A stretch of 64,000 nt of DNA from Tubiluchus corallicola (Eukaryota; Animalia; Priapulida), in the NCBI GenBank assembly GCA_030141605.1, contig JAQGDQ010000043.1, forward strand, positions 496,001 to 560,000, read 5' to 3'. Below the pieces are notes generated by a model. The model was not told the origin of the DNA, did not search any database, and worked only from the letters and a program-made list of their open reading frames with translations. Shown here in pieces: positions 12,480-27,000 of this stretch. Each line of letters begins with the position of its first letter. Positions within the stretch are counted from its first letter, which is position 1. Both the position numbers and the translations under genes were made by a program.

Positions 12480-14220
12480 TAGGTTAACGATAATTTACAA
12501 AAAGATTAAATACATGTTAATTGTACTGAGAAAGTGTTCAACAGACTTAAACAATTTCTAACTCAATAATCAAATGATAGAATGGTCCCACGAAATAAAA
12601 TATCTGGGGTTGTTTGTTGATGACAAATTATCATGGGCCACTCAAATCAAGCACATTTGTTACAACGTTAGCAAAATTAAAGGTATTATATTGAAAATTA
12701 GGCACTATGTAGACCAAGCCACGATAAGGCTCATTTATTTTGCCCTAGTGTATGCATACTTACAGTATGGTATACGTTCCTGGGGCACTGCCCTTTAACT
12801 GTACTAAAATCTCTTCATATTCAACAAAATAAAATTATAAAGGTAAGGACATTCTCTACACTGCGCGAACGTGCCACACCATCATATCACAAACTGAAAT
12901 TACTCAAAGTAAATGATATTTATAAGCTTGAACTTATAAAGTTTGTATACAAGTTCAAACATAAATTGCAGCGATAGTTCCCTCTTCATTGAAAGATTCT
13001 ATTTAATATGTCTAAAAGACAAACATCTGTAAAATATCAAAGGCCTATACTTTGGAACACTTTGCCTGATGATATCACTACAGGGTCGTTAAATTCTTTG
13101 AAACAGAAATACTGCTCTCTTCTAATTGACAACTACAACATTCCCAGCCCCTATGAGGAGTAACAGACATTATACAGCTACTCAATAAATTTAAATGCAC
13201 AGTTATTATTTTCTCATTTGATATAATATCAAGTCTATAGTCATTTGATTCTACACCTAAGTTAAATTTTCTTCTTATCTAGTATTTCATCCAGCAAATT
13301 TTACTTTACAGTATATAGAAGAGCAGAAATAGTCAAAATTTCTTACTAGCAATTTGTGCATCAAGCAGAAGCTGATAAATGGTAAATGTATGATTATGCA
13401 TGCATTGCTTATACGCCAGTTATTTTGTCCTTTGAGTTTTGCTTACTTGATTTTGTTTTACATATTTTTCTGCGTATGCTTCATAGAGTACTCTTCAAAA
13501 ATTCTGTTAGTTTGCTTATTTTGTTCAGTTTGCCTAATTTGTTTATTTGCTTATTTACTTTATTTTGCAAAAGATAAATGCATGGAGCTATGATGAATAT
13601 TTACAATTTGCTCCCTCTCATTTTATGCTATATATGAGTATTGGTTTACGTTTAAATGCATGTGCAACTGTGTATTTAATTACTGTAAAATTTAATCATT
13701 TGCTTATTTTTGCTTAGCTGTGATTTTTTTGTTATTAGCTTACTCACCTTCTTCTTCGTTACAAGCTTACATTAGACTGGTAATTTGCTTAAACTTACAT
13801 GCAATTCTCATGCCTTGACATTTAACCAATTTTATTATTTTTACTCTACATAACTATCACTATCAGTTTTGTTTTTTCTAAATTTTTCACACTCTACTCC
13901 AATTATCTGCTTAAAATGTTCACTGTTAGCACCACTACTATTATTTCTTAGTGTGCCATGAGAAGGGTGGTTGATTCGATAACCGTTTGGTTTTTTGCGA
14001 CCCTTTCTCCATTCTAATTGAATTTTGTTTGTTTTGTCACTTTTTGATTCACATCACCATCACCACATTCACATCAGCAAGTCAACTCACCTTGCCTACA
14101 TTTTAGCCTTTAGCATAGTAATCACGCACTTCAGCGTTTGTAATAGGCTTAGTATTACACTTCAGGGATTTAATCAATGTTTCTCATGTGCCTAAGAAGT
14201 TTCGAACTTGAAATAAACAA
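12480..14220 (+). mobile_element. 5'-truncated CR1/L2-group LINE: RT C-terminus and probable 3'UTR
   Basis: IKYLGLFVDDKLSWATQIKHIC...LIYFALVYAYLQYGIRSWG, with later KLKLLKVNDIYKLE and LWNTLPDDI motifs up to about 13160. The T-rich tail ending GAAATAAAC near 14218 is inferred to be the 3'UTR (lower confidence). Confidence 0.75.
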
Positions 14221-14227
14221 ATATTAC

Positions 14228-14253
14228 TTTAAATTTTTGCGGGATTCGCCAAT
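14228..14253 (-). promoter_or_regulatory. Candidate cell-cycle promoter (E2F/CDE-like, CHR-like TTTAAA, CCAAT) for shugoshin
   Basis: Minus strand reads ATTGGCGAATCCCGCAAAAATTTAAA; a strong minus-strand donor AAG|GTGAGT lies at 14090. Confidence 0.35.
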
Positions 14254-15899
14254 TCTTCTTGTTATTGTTAACAACATCGAAGTTGAAACAAAATCGACTG
14301 CAGTGCACTCTCCATGAGCACCACATCTAGCGCGCTCTCTGATTAAAATGAATGTTATCAGTTATTACCAGTTATACGACTGTGACGTGCTACATAGAAA
14401 TCTATAGAAGTCATGTACGCTTATCGCCATTTTGCAGTGTTTTTGTTGCTATAAAAGCAAAATAATGCAACTAAGTGACAGCTTATGCCTACTGTTGTGA
14501 TAAAGGTAAATCACCTAAAAAAAGGTCAACTACTCGTATGTAAGCTATGGATCTGCAACCAAGTAGAAAATAGTTTAGTTTCATGCTTAAGGCATGCTGT
14601 TTACTTTTATAATAATATTTGCGCGACTTGCATTTTTTCCTGAAAATTCCAGAACGTTTTGAAGATCTAACGGAATTACATTTGATCAGTTTCATTAAAA
14701 TGTAATGACACTTGTGTTGGTAGTATCTCTGTCCATTATCCAGCTGCATTGTTTCGTATTATTCACCACTAACTCATCTCCTTAAGAAAATGTAGGATTC
14801 TATAGTGTCATTCCTTTGGAAAGGAGCGGCACAGTGCCAAATCAAGGCCTGTTTAACCTAATAGGTATAATCTTTACTATCTCAGAAGTGCTATTCCTAG
14901 TATGCATGCATGGTGTGTACAAGAAAAGATGTCTGAAAGTTACCAAATTTCTGTTTTGTCCTCGTCCAATGAAGTTATTCATTAACCGTGTTTCGATGAT
15001 ATATTGTTTTGAAGCCAGTTTTAAGGTACCCCGTGTATATCTGTTGTAGAGATTCTATAGTATAGTAAAACAATCTTTTTACTTAGTAGAAGTTTCTAGA
15101 ACTTTCTATACGTGATGCGCATAGTAGTTTGTAGATTGTTCTGGTGTTGTCCATTTGCACTGATATATAAGGTGGAGCTGGCCGCTCAAGTTTATTCTCA
15201 GATTCTCATATTATCGTGTGCAATTTTCCTATCACTTGACTGTTCACATTTTGTGTTCCTTCATGCTTTGTGTTGTGGAATTCTCACGCAATAAACCAGT
15301 TTAATTTGACAACGTGTTTTTTTTCTCTACGAGCCGTCTGAGAGAAAGAAACACAACAATATCGCAATAGATTGCCTTTTGCAAATCCATTACATATTGA
15401 CAGCTACAAGCATGCAGGCGTGTAATGGTTCATTTTGACTCAGTAGCGGCGTGGACAGGTGTGTTTTCCATTCAAGCACTTGTTTCGCCGATTCCGCGAA
15501 ATATCTTGGTAAAACTTTGCATATCTCAGGCTTATTTATAGTAGTTTTCTATAAATATATTTATATAAGAGATTCTAACAAGTAGTTTCTTCAAATTTCT
15601 GTTTAGTTTTTGACGTTCTGGAGTCGTTTTGCAAAAATTGAAATTCGCATCAATTCAGACTTGAAACCGCTTTGTCGCCGTCAACATTACAATAATACTG
15701 CGAACTGAACTAAAACCACAGTTATTCGAACATATCATTTCTGTAAGGAGACTGGCCACAGTGTTTAAGATAACATGTTGCGCTTTTGGTAATCGAATAT
15801 TGTTTCTGCTTGAACTAACTATGAGGTCTATGATTACTTCAAGTTTGAGCAGTGAACCGAAGAAATTTAAATCATAAAGCAGGCCATTTTCGGGAAGTA

Positions 15900-17200
15900 G
15901 ATCAGTGGCTGTTCAACAGTAGACCCAAGTTTGAGCCAGTGATATACCCAAGTTATACTGTTATTGTACATCATATGAAATTTATCTAAAAAAAACTATA
16001 CGCTTCTTGTGGTTCAGATGTAGCATACACATCATTCCAATTAATATTATCCAAGTCAGAAACTAATTTGCGTTTAATACGGTCATCATAGACAGTTCTG
16101 CTATATTTGAAGAAATGAGATGTAGTATATCAATTATCAAGAAAATTGGAAAGTGACCGGTAATGTCAGAAAGTAAATTACTAGATTTAAATTTATGTTC
16201 AATTAGATTGGTAAAAATATTCTCTATCAATGTTGAACTATAAGGCGTTATACGTGTATGTAAGGATAATAAAGGAATTACAGCATTATTAGTGATCACA
16301 GTGTTTAAGAAGTCAGATGTAGCTTCATGGGTTGAGAAGGTTAACAAATTAATATTGAAGTCATCAAGAATGAGAATTTGTTTCTTATGACGAGTTACAG
16401 TAGACAATAAATTACATAACTGCGCAATGAAACGTTTCACGATCTTCACTAGGTGGTCTGTAAACAGAAGACACTATTATATTTGCAGCTTTACTAACAT
16501 GTATTTCAATGAAAATTGTTTCTAACAACTCATTACTTACGCTGAGATTATTTCTTACTGAATAATTAGTAACACTTCCTTTTTTATATTCTCGATCTTT
16601 ACTAGCAAAACTGTAACCTGGCAAGTTCGGAAATCAGGAGAATTACAAAGAAGGCATGTCTCAGATAAAGCTAGACTGAGAAGTAAATTAACTTTTAACA
16701 AATGTAATGGTGCCGTGAAATAATCATAGTTTTCTGCCAAACTACGTATATTTGAATGAATCATCGATAAACAATTATTATAAAGTATAATAAATTATTA
16801 TAAAGAGAATTGTTTAATGTCAAAATATTTACTTTTTGGTAACTGGTTAGGATTATTAAGGAATTGTAAGTCAGGATCAATTTCGTCTAACCTATTAAAA
16901 TAATCTCCAAACTGATGTTCAAAAATATCCAGATTACATTCAGAATCTTGCAGAACAGAGTAATTTATTGAAGGACTGACAGCAAATTCAAATTCATTAT
17001 CGCCTATAATATTATTATAAGGAAATAAGTTTTGCAAGAAGACGTGGCAAAACCAGACATCTCCAGTAGCCAGTAGTTTTTCTTTTAATGAAAAATAAGT
17101 ACATTTTAGATGAATGATTCAGCTGCACCAGTCGCAATTCAACGCCTGCTGGTTATGTCGAATACATTTATCGCATAATGGACAAAAACTATTTACAGGT
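15900..17200 (-). mobile_element. Degenerate CR1-group LINE ORF2 5' part (PHD finger and APE endonuclease)
   Basis: CPLCDKCIRHNQQALNCDWC (PHD); IHSNIRSL, ALSETCL, VSSVYRPP, LDDFNINLL, TRITPYSSTLIENIFTN, SDITGHFPIF (APE motifs), spread over frameshifted ORFs. Confidence 0.88.
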
Positions 17201-17654
17201 ACCATCAGGAGTGTAGGGAAAATCAAAGTTAAAGAGATAAGAGAATAAAAAATAAATAAAAAATAGAATAAAATATCGCTAAAGGAGTGTAAGTTTAAAA
17301 TATAGAAAAAATATGCTAGCAAGTATAGTAAACTCTTTCAAACGCCGTAGTTTCTTCAGGGAGAATGGCATCCTTTTCGGCCATCAAAGGTCAATGTATT
17401 GAGCAATCTTGCACGTCTCAAATACGAAAATAGTCCTCACTTCCGGTTAAAAACTGACTTTCTTCGCTCTACTGAGGAAGGGGTGTCTTTCTCTTTCCGT
17501 TGTACTGTTTCTTACAGCTAAGCTAAACATAACCGTGGTACAGTTATTATTATTATTGGGCTAACAGTAACAAAACTTCGCCTCCAGTTTCAAGCTTATT
17601 TATAGACGTTTTTATAGAAGCTTATATGTTTTTGGAAAGTTAACAATAATAGAA

Positions 17655-17742
17655 ATGTGTAATTTTTTAGTGTTACTGCTAGTGTTAACAGTTCCACTAA
17701 ATATATTTATAAATGCACTGAGTACAACTCCATCAAGTACAG
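17655..17742 (+). CDS. Exon 1: signal peptide
   Basis: [29 protein letters not shown]; consensus CAG|GTAAGT donor, phase 1. Confidence 0.75.
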
Positions 17743-17934
17743 GTAAGTACTTTCCTTTTATAATTTTTACAAATACAAAATAAATTATAATGTTTTATTT
17801 TTTGTTTTTAACTTTTATTTAGTACATGTTTTAAAAGTGATGTAATTATTACAATTTAGATATTTTTAATCATGCAATTTAAAATTATGATGTATAAAGT
17901 TCTAATAATATTAATAATGCTGATGATGATGATG

Positions 17935-18019
<85 letters not shown>

Positions 18020-21000
18020 TAACAATAACAATAACAATAACAATAACAATAACAATAACAATAATAATAATAATAATAATAATAATAATTAATTTAAAAT
18101 ATAGTAAAAAAATTTTGAGGCAAATAGCTATTTTACACCGTCTCTATATGCATATTGGAAATGAACTCTTTAAAATTGTGATAGCTTTTATTTGTCATTG
18201 TGTTTAGATCCTTCTTTTTATTGTTTGATATCATAAACTAATTCTATTTCATATTCTCTATAAGCTGTCAGGTACCACAAAAAGAACATTTTATGAATAC
18301 AGTTAAAGTATGCGCTTGCATAATAAATACTCCACTGTCTAAAAACTTCCTGTTCATCTTTTCTCATATGGGAAATTTTATTCCTTTATTATATATTATA
18401 TACCTTTCCGTTTTATATAATGGGCAGCACTACTAGCGACTACAACTGAACCTAACTCGTACCGGGTGGTGCAGAAAAATATGTCGAAGTTTATTTGCAC
18501 TTGCCTATAGTAGAATAACTTTAGAAGCAAGTGCTCTACAAAGTTGTAATTTCACAGCTTGATATTAGCTGCGAAATTACACCATCCATTAGCAATTGAC
18601 TGTGAAAGTTACACGCTTTAGTGGTTTTTAAGTTATGATCAAAAAGCTTTTACCCTGCTAAAAGATTAAATGCCGGAACAGTGCCAGCTAACCATCAACT
18701 GAGAAACAGCCACGTTCAGTGATGTAAAGCATTCAATATATGAAGCAAAACAAATCAACCAGTTTACATCATGGTTATCACTAAAGAAAATAAAACATTG
18801 ATAAAGATTTGTTACCAAGAATAAACAAGACTTAATACTCTGAATTACAATGTCTGTAATTAGCTTAAAGAGAAAGTGTGTAACGGCCCTACAGAGCCCT
18901 TTGATGCAATGCGACTAAAGGCAAAAGTTGTTGAGAGTTGGGAGCAATTACTCCTTGAAAAGTGGAAAACTGTGTCACCTGTTGGAGGAAAAGCCTCCGA
19001 CTACTTTGCAGTGAAAATGGTGGACATGCAGAGCACCTGCTGCACATTTTAACGATAGTGACACACAAAGTTTTTCTGGCATTCATTTTTGACTTGCTGT
19101 TTCAAAACTTCTGTATCTTTGGAAAAGTCTAAGTATGGAAAAGTCTGTATCTTTGGAATGATTTAAAACTTACGGTGTTTATACACTATCGTGTATAACA
19201 TCAGTGCGGCGACTTTAATTTTGATTCTGTTATTTTCTTCTTAGAGCATCATGATCAAAACTTAGGCACATTTTTTCCGCCACCTAATATACATTGTCAT
19301 AATTTTTTTCTATTTTTATTCTATTTACCACCATGTCATCTGATAGGGTTTTCACTGAGGCAGTTTGTGGCACAAACATTCTGTGAGATAATTCGGCTGA
19401 TATGCGGGTGATGTACTAACATTCAGGCAACTCTCAAAAGTCACACAGTTCCTTTCGAAAAGTAACAGGCAGGAAACAGTTTCTTTTAAAAAAAGCTGTG
19501 AAATGTATTCATGTGAAGAAAATAAACAAAAAATTACAACGGTCACCAACGTTTGCAAACTCAGCGTATGGCCTGGTGACTAACATTTCACTTTACGTAT
19601 TAAAGCTTTCCAATTTCTATGAACCAATTCGGTTAATAAAGAAAATTAGAACTAAGGTGGTGTAAACTATTCTTATGGACGAATTTCACTCTAAAAAGAG
19701 AACTAATTCTGGAAGACGTTTCACCTTAGTAGAATTTCGGAACCTAATCTAGTGATGGCATAGGACAGTACGATTCGATGACGATTAATCATAAAATATG
19801 AAAATGTGTGTGTTTTAGATGACTTGGCTGCTCCAAGCGGGTGGAAACTTGCTTAAACATATCACTTATTATCACTTATTTAATTTTAGTGCCACCGAGA
19901 CGGTTCGTCGCGGGTGATCGGGTCTTTGGTCGGAAAAGTGACGGTTTATACTACCGAGGAACAGTGACCAACGTCCGCCCATCTGGCGTCAGCGTCAGTT
20001 TCGAAACTGGTGAAAGTGCAGATTTTGACATCAATAGTAATAATGTAGTTGCTGATAAATTAAATAATCCACGATGTATTTTGGTAAATAGTCGAGTGAT
20101 TGCTCCTTGGCCTAGTAGAAGCATGTATTACCCGGGTAGGATTCAGTCGTTAGATCCAGTTATAGGACCACTGAGAGTGTACGTTTTTTATGACGATGGT
20201 GACGAAGGTTGGGCAAGTCAAGCGCAACTGCGACTTTTGCCAAATCAACCACCAGATGCCACATGTTATTACGATCCCTTTGATGGTACGTAATCCACTT
20301 GAAGACGATGTTGTTTTCTCGTAATGTTTGTATTGTATGTAAAATTTGATGATACAGAACCACTGAATGTCCAAATCCAATCTCACATTATCCGCTTTGT
20401 CACAGTAAAACAACAGCATTAGAAACCAGCTTAATTACGTTGTGTTTGTGTGTAATAGTGCTTTGTAGTGTTTTTAGTTTTTCGACTAGTGTGCCCTAGT
20501 TTGACTTAATTTGAATAACTTGTTCTAATTTTGTTTTGGCTATATTCTTGCCTATGTAGATGCACCTCGAGTGTGCGTGCTGCATCCTGTGATTTTTATT
20601 TCACTTCGAAACAGATCAAGGTACTTGGATTAGGCGATCTTTACCCAGCCAGCTTTTTGTCACATTGAGAGCCCAGATCTAGAAGAAACAAATGACATTT
20701 TTTAAATTATCAATCCAGAACGTTAATCGATCATAAAAAATGCGAGTTTTGTAATGTAGAAACGAATGCACGTTTTTGCAAGGACCAAGGCTTTTCATTA
20801 GGGAACAAAAATCGAGTTGAATATTATTTATAACAATACAATTTATCCGCTATCATTAATCGATCATTCATCGTTGAAAAATGCCTTTGATTATGCAAAG
20901 AAACTAATCTCCTCTGTAAAACAAACGTATTACAGACAAACAGACAGACAAGTTTTTAGCTGTGATACAATCGCTTAAAGAATTTTAATAAAGTATAATC

Positions 21001-24000
21001 ATCGCTGATAAAAATCAGTCTGAATTGAAACTGGCTATGAAAAAGAAACACCTGCCACAAACAAAGGCTATTGGCAATGAACTACAAATTTGGAGAGATT
21101 TTAAAACGTTATCCGCTCTCCTTGCTAAGTGGAGCCACATACTAATCAGGCAGAAGATTGGCATTCTGCTTGAATTTCCGTCTTTCAGTCCTATGATATT
21201 TAGAAGTGATTCTTGTATATTTTGTAGTGTATTTTAACGTAGAAGATAGTGCAAATAAAATAAAAATGAAATGATCAATGTCATGCAGTAATTCAAATTG
21301 TAAGCTAGGGTTTGGATGAGACACCACCATTTTATAAGCTCTAAAAAGCTGTGAAGTAAAAAAATCAATTAATCACGGCCGGTTGTAGATTTTTATATTT
21401 CATCTGCAATTTGACAAAAAAATAAAGTTAACGTAGTGTGCATCTGGTTACTTTTGTTAATGTTTCATTTAAACTATAACGAAATGGGTTTCCAAGTCGT
21501 AGCTAATGTATTTTAATGTGTTCAGAGCAAAGCTTTCTTTCAAGTGCGCATTTTGTTTTAGCAAATGCCACTCTAGTCGCAACAACTCCACCGCCAGATT
21601 TATTGAGATTGGTCGGCACAGAGCACGACAACACAGGGTATCCGCAAATTTACCATGATGGAGTTTGGGGTTTCATTTGTGATGACGACTGGGGACTAGA
21701 GGACGCAAATGTTGTCTGTACGCAGCTAGGATTTGGGTTTGTTTTTACTAAGTTTATGTTATGAAGTGAGATTTTTGCGTGCAGTAGGGTATAGATGATC
21801 ATGAATGGAGTACAAGTGATACAAACTAAGCTAGCTATGCAATAGTACAATAGTAAGACGTGTTATTGGATGCGTGTATACGTGTATGTTAATTTTTTAT
21901 TTCCGCTTACCCCTTTGCACCAAAAGCAGTCGTGTGTGCAGAAATCTCTCTCTTCTGGTAGCATACAAGCAGTTGCATTCTTCTGTCCCTATCAGCTTAA
22001 CATACAACAAAAAATTTGACAAATGAAATGGGTGAATACCAATTATTTTTTACATAAATACATTCTAAACAGTTTCAAAAGCTATTATTTTCATAATGGT
22101 CTACGATTGTTAATAGGAAAAAGGTAAAGTGAGCAACTGTTTTAAGAAAAGGCTAGTGTGCCATCACGTGCATAAACCATTTCACTTCGAATAGTCACTT
22201 TGTTCTTTCCATAGTAATACAGTAATACACTATCAAACCAGTAACTGAACACTTGGGAATGACGAGTAATACAGCCAGACTTGTAATGGATTTTACGTTG
22301 CTTTAGCAGAGATAAACCTTAAGAGACTTTTAGCTAATCTGCAAATTCTTAAATTTAAGCTAACTTCTAAGGGTAAGCAATCAGCTAACAAAACGATGAT
22401 GTTCCAATTAATTTTTACAGGAAGGTGAACGCCAGAACATTCTTACGTACTAATGTAGAGGATGTGTACTAATTTATGGGTCAACCAGAGCAAATTTGTT
22501 TTTTATAATTTTTAAATATTCGCGTATAACAGCTCATGCTGCAGTCTGCTGGCGCAACTAAACGAATTATGACCCATTACTCATTAGCAAGAGATCAGAT
22601 GAAGACAAATCACCTATGTGTCCAAATGTCCTATGTGTCGAAATAAAAAACCTTTGTCAATAATATTTGTATCGAAATAGACTGACTAAAAGCCTGTTCC
22701 CAAAACCCCTGTAATCAAGGAAACAGTTTCCTGCTATACTGTATGTAAAACGCGAGTAGACAACCTGGCTGATTTAGTACAACATCAGTTATATTTAGTA
22801 ATTGTGACAACTACAGTAGTAGTAAATAAGAAACCGTACCGATAAATACTATGCACATTAGTTGATGAGTTGAAACGGCAATATCGACTTCTTTGCTTTT
22901 TCGATGTATATTGTCTGATAAAATGTTTACCATCAATTACAAGTATTAAAGCTGTCTTATCAGTTTAAACTGTTCAAATTCAAGTGAAACAATTAAAAAA
23001 TCCTTAAAAAATTATTTCGTACATTTTTTTCATAAAATGGGCTGCCACTTGCCAGAGCCTCCTACTTAGTAAAGACAAAGAGGCCTACTGTTAGGCTGTA
23101 ATTTTTAGTAGTTTTGTTTTGTTTCATTATAGAGGCGCTAACAGAGCGCATGGCAGCTTGTACTTCGGCACACCTTCTGAAAGAGACGTCTCAGACAAGA
23201 TTTGGCTAGATGACGTGTCATGTAATGGAGATGAAAGATTAATCAGTGATTGTGTACACAGTGGATGGGGCACTCACAACTGCTTAGTGTCTGAGTTAGC
23301 GGCCGTGGAATGTTATAAAATGAGTAAGCTGAAATGCTTTAAATTACACAGTAATTGATTGTTAATACCACTGTTCAGTCTACATTTATAATATATCACT
23401 TGGAAATCCTAGCTTTAAGATAAATAAAGTAGCTACAACAGCCACTGAAAACACGTTCTGTATTACTAGAACTCGAATGGAAATACATTAAGCGTTTTGG
23501 CTTTGTTTTTATACCATCCTCAGTAAAAATAATCCAATTGCATCATTAAATTTTAAATGTTTTCTGCTGAAAATGGCATGAAGGCAATGTGCCGAAACAT
23601 CCAGTTCACTTTTCGTGGAGCGCAGTATGCAATAAAAGGATTTCAATGGTTGCCTTAGCTATTTTATTTCCCTGCATGACTTACTTCGACGATGCAATAA
23701 AATAAACCACTCGCAGACAAGTCGCAGGTAAACGATTACATAGGTGAATGCCAATTTCTGCAACACGTAATCAGATCAACATGATGCTAGCTCTCCGGAG
23801 TGCTGTTCAAAAACTAGTTAGTGCACGTTTTAATTTTTTCTAATTCAGCATCGCTTTTAGATCTTTGACTGACTGACCGTTTGACCAATAAGCTTAAAAT
23901 ATTTTTAGTTCAAATTAGCCGCAATAGTTCTGGCTACTACCAATATAAAATTTTCCAAAGGAAACAATTACCTTTTAAAGATATCATAATAATAATAGCA

Positions 24001-27000
24001 ATAATAATAATAATAATAATATATCATATTACTCCGTATTAACGTATGTCTCATGTTATGCATTCGTATTAATTTTGTCGTCCATTATAACACATATTTA
24101 AATGCAGATACTGCTGTTTGGCTCTATTGGGCAAACTTACATTGGTCCCATTGTTAAGCCAACAATTATACACTTATGTTGTGCCGAAAATTCCATCTTC
24201 ATCAGTGGCATAATTATTAGTGGGCAACATTGCAAACTTTTATTATTTTGGCCCTATATTTTATACTTGGCTTTCTTACTTTGCGAAAAGGAAAGGATAT
24301 TACGAGAAAGTGGAGTATGAATGATTTACTAACTGAATAACTGACTGACTGACTACTGATTGACTGACCGACGAACAGACCGACTGACTGACTACAAAAA
24401 TCTCACAAATAACAAATAACGTTTGATAACATTTTTAGGAGGTTTTGATTTAATACAGAAGCTTACGCTTATGTATCTTTAACTATTTCCTCAATAAGTA
24501 TATCAATTTACAGAGTCACTAAATTAGAATAGTTAACTATGGAAAAGATTTAAAAGCTAGTGGATAATTGGCCGTGTATCTTCTTTGTTATTTGCAAAGC
24601 AATTTATTTATATTTCGTAACAGAAAACCGTTTGCTTGTATGAATTATAAAGTTATTGATTTCCCTTGAACTGAAGGGTTGATAATAGAATCTTGCTCTA
24701 CGGAACTTGAGTCTTAATCGATTTTGAAGTTACAGTTATTGGTAAAAAGATTTTCGCCTACACGAACAATCCGCTAGCCCTCAGCAAATTTTAAGAACAT
24801 GTTCAAACATAAAGCAACATGTCAATTAACTGGCGTGTGTCACTTGGTTTGAGGGTATACAAATATCTTTTCAGACAAAGCGCTCATTTCGTCCTTGTTT
24901 TTTATTGTACAACGCCAACATGCTCCCTGTTTTATGCACATGTGTTGTGTGTTGTTCGGTATGGTCTTTATCTTGCATGCGTGCTTATTAAGTATACAGA
25001 GAAATTTAATTTTAACTTTATTAGTATTTTGTAAGGGTTCAAAGCATATAAAAATTATTAGGAGCTAAAACTATCAGAAACTTTGCATGAACGTTAGAAC
25101 CTGTCACGAAATCATCATCTTGTCAGAAAAATGAATACTGTCTGAATAATTACCGCTTTAATTAAGACAACGTAATATTATTCAATTCCAATTTCAATTT
25201 CAGTTTCATTTTAGACACAAAAGAGCCCATAAAGTTAGTAACATACTGTAAACTATAAAAGAAAAATACCAGAATTATAATTTATTCATTTTTCATTTTT
25301 CATTTTCAGATTATGATGAATGTGCTCACGGAGAAGACGACTGTGATGAAAACGCCATTTGTACTGATTTAGCAAAAGGTTGGAACTGCACTTGTAAAAC
25401 AGGATACGCTGGAAACGGTAGAGAATGCCAAGGTAAGGTTCGTTTTGTTTTAAAAACAAAAGTCCAGAAATTTTCTATTAGCCGCTAAAAAATTTTTCTT
25501 CTTGTCGCTGTAATAATGGCAATAAGTCTTTTCCTTCTTGTTATCACTGATGCTGTTATGCCTAATTGTGGTGGTAGCCGTTATAGGGTTGTTAGCTCTT
25601 GTCAGACATAACAGATCACCACGCCCCTTGCAAAACACAGAACCCAGCAACTCTGCGTGACGAAAAGTAATTCTTAAGGAGAAATGTGCTAGAAAATAAG
25701 AATTTTAAATTCAGGACAAAAGCTAACTGGGAAGCTTACAGAAAACAAAGGAACTCTTACACAAAGTTAAAACGAGAATCCACTAGAAAGTATTTCGAAG
25801 ACAAATGCAGTGGAGGACCAAATTCTAAGAGTTTCTGGCCCAAAGTAGAACCATTCTTATCAAAGAAAGATAAACCTGATTCCCAGACACCTACTACACC
25901 GAGAAAATACGACTTTGTAACTGATAATCAGCAAATCAGTAATATATTTCTCGAGCTGTTCAGCCTGTGGCAAGAAGAATCTGCCAGTCGTACTATCATC
26001 GATGAGAACATTTTAGCAATAAGAGAAGCTACTGGAATGGCTGAGTGTATTGTTTAGATTTTGCTTATGTAATAGAAAATCAAGTGCTTGACAAATTAAG
26101 AAAAATCAATCCAAAAAATCTGCAGGTTGGGATAATTTCCCTGGATAGCTATTAAAACTTGCTTCCCATTCTCTGGCTTGCCTCATTACCAAACCAATAA
26201 ATAATCGTATTGAGCTTAACGTTTTCCCACATGAGTGGAAACAAGCTAATATAATGCCAGTACTTAGACGCAAGAACAGTGAAATCGATAAAACCAACTA
26301 CAGGCTTGTCAGTATTCTTCCAATGCTGTCCCAGAATCAGCTAAGTTCTTATATTGAGCCACTCCTCTCTGTCGAGCTTTCTGGCTTCCGCCAGTTGCTG
26401 AAGCTCATAGAAGACTGGAAGCTCTTTCTGGATTGCAAGAACTATGTAGGCGCCATCATAGGCAAGAACTATGTAGGATCTGAACAAAGCTTTCGACACC
26501 CTGTCTCGTTCTGTTATGATCCAAAAGCTCAAATTATATGGTCTCACACAAAAGTCAGACTAATACAGGCAGGCGTGCCATAGGTTCCATACTTGGACCT
26601 CTTCTTTTTAACATCTTCCTTAATGATATGTTACATAAATTGAAAAATACTGCTCGTTATAATTATGCCGATGACAATAGTATTAGCTAGACACATAAAA
26701 ACATAAATAAACTAATAACAGATCTGGAATGTCAGAGTGAGAAAACAATAAAATGGTTTCAAGATAATGATATGAAAGCCATTCCAAATAAATTTCAGGG
26801 CATATTAATTTCACCTGACCAACTAACTCGCAACATTGTCTTGGATTTTTCTTTTGTAAAGAATGTAGTTTCTACTGTCTGTGTGCAATTTTGGCTTGGC
26901 AAGTTTTAAATTAAGCAGTAACTTGTTATAATATAGTCGATAATGAGCCGTAACAGCTCAAGTTATACATGGTAAAGGATTGACTTTAAATAAATTTTGC

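Noticed and set aside
17872-18207. Poly-Ile ORF
   Set aside because: Translation of an (ATA)n microsatellite in an intron.
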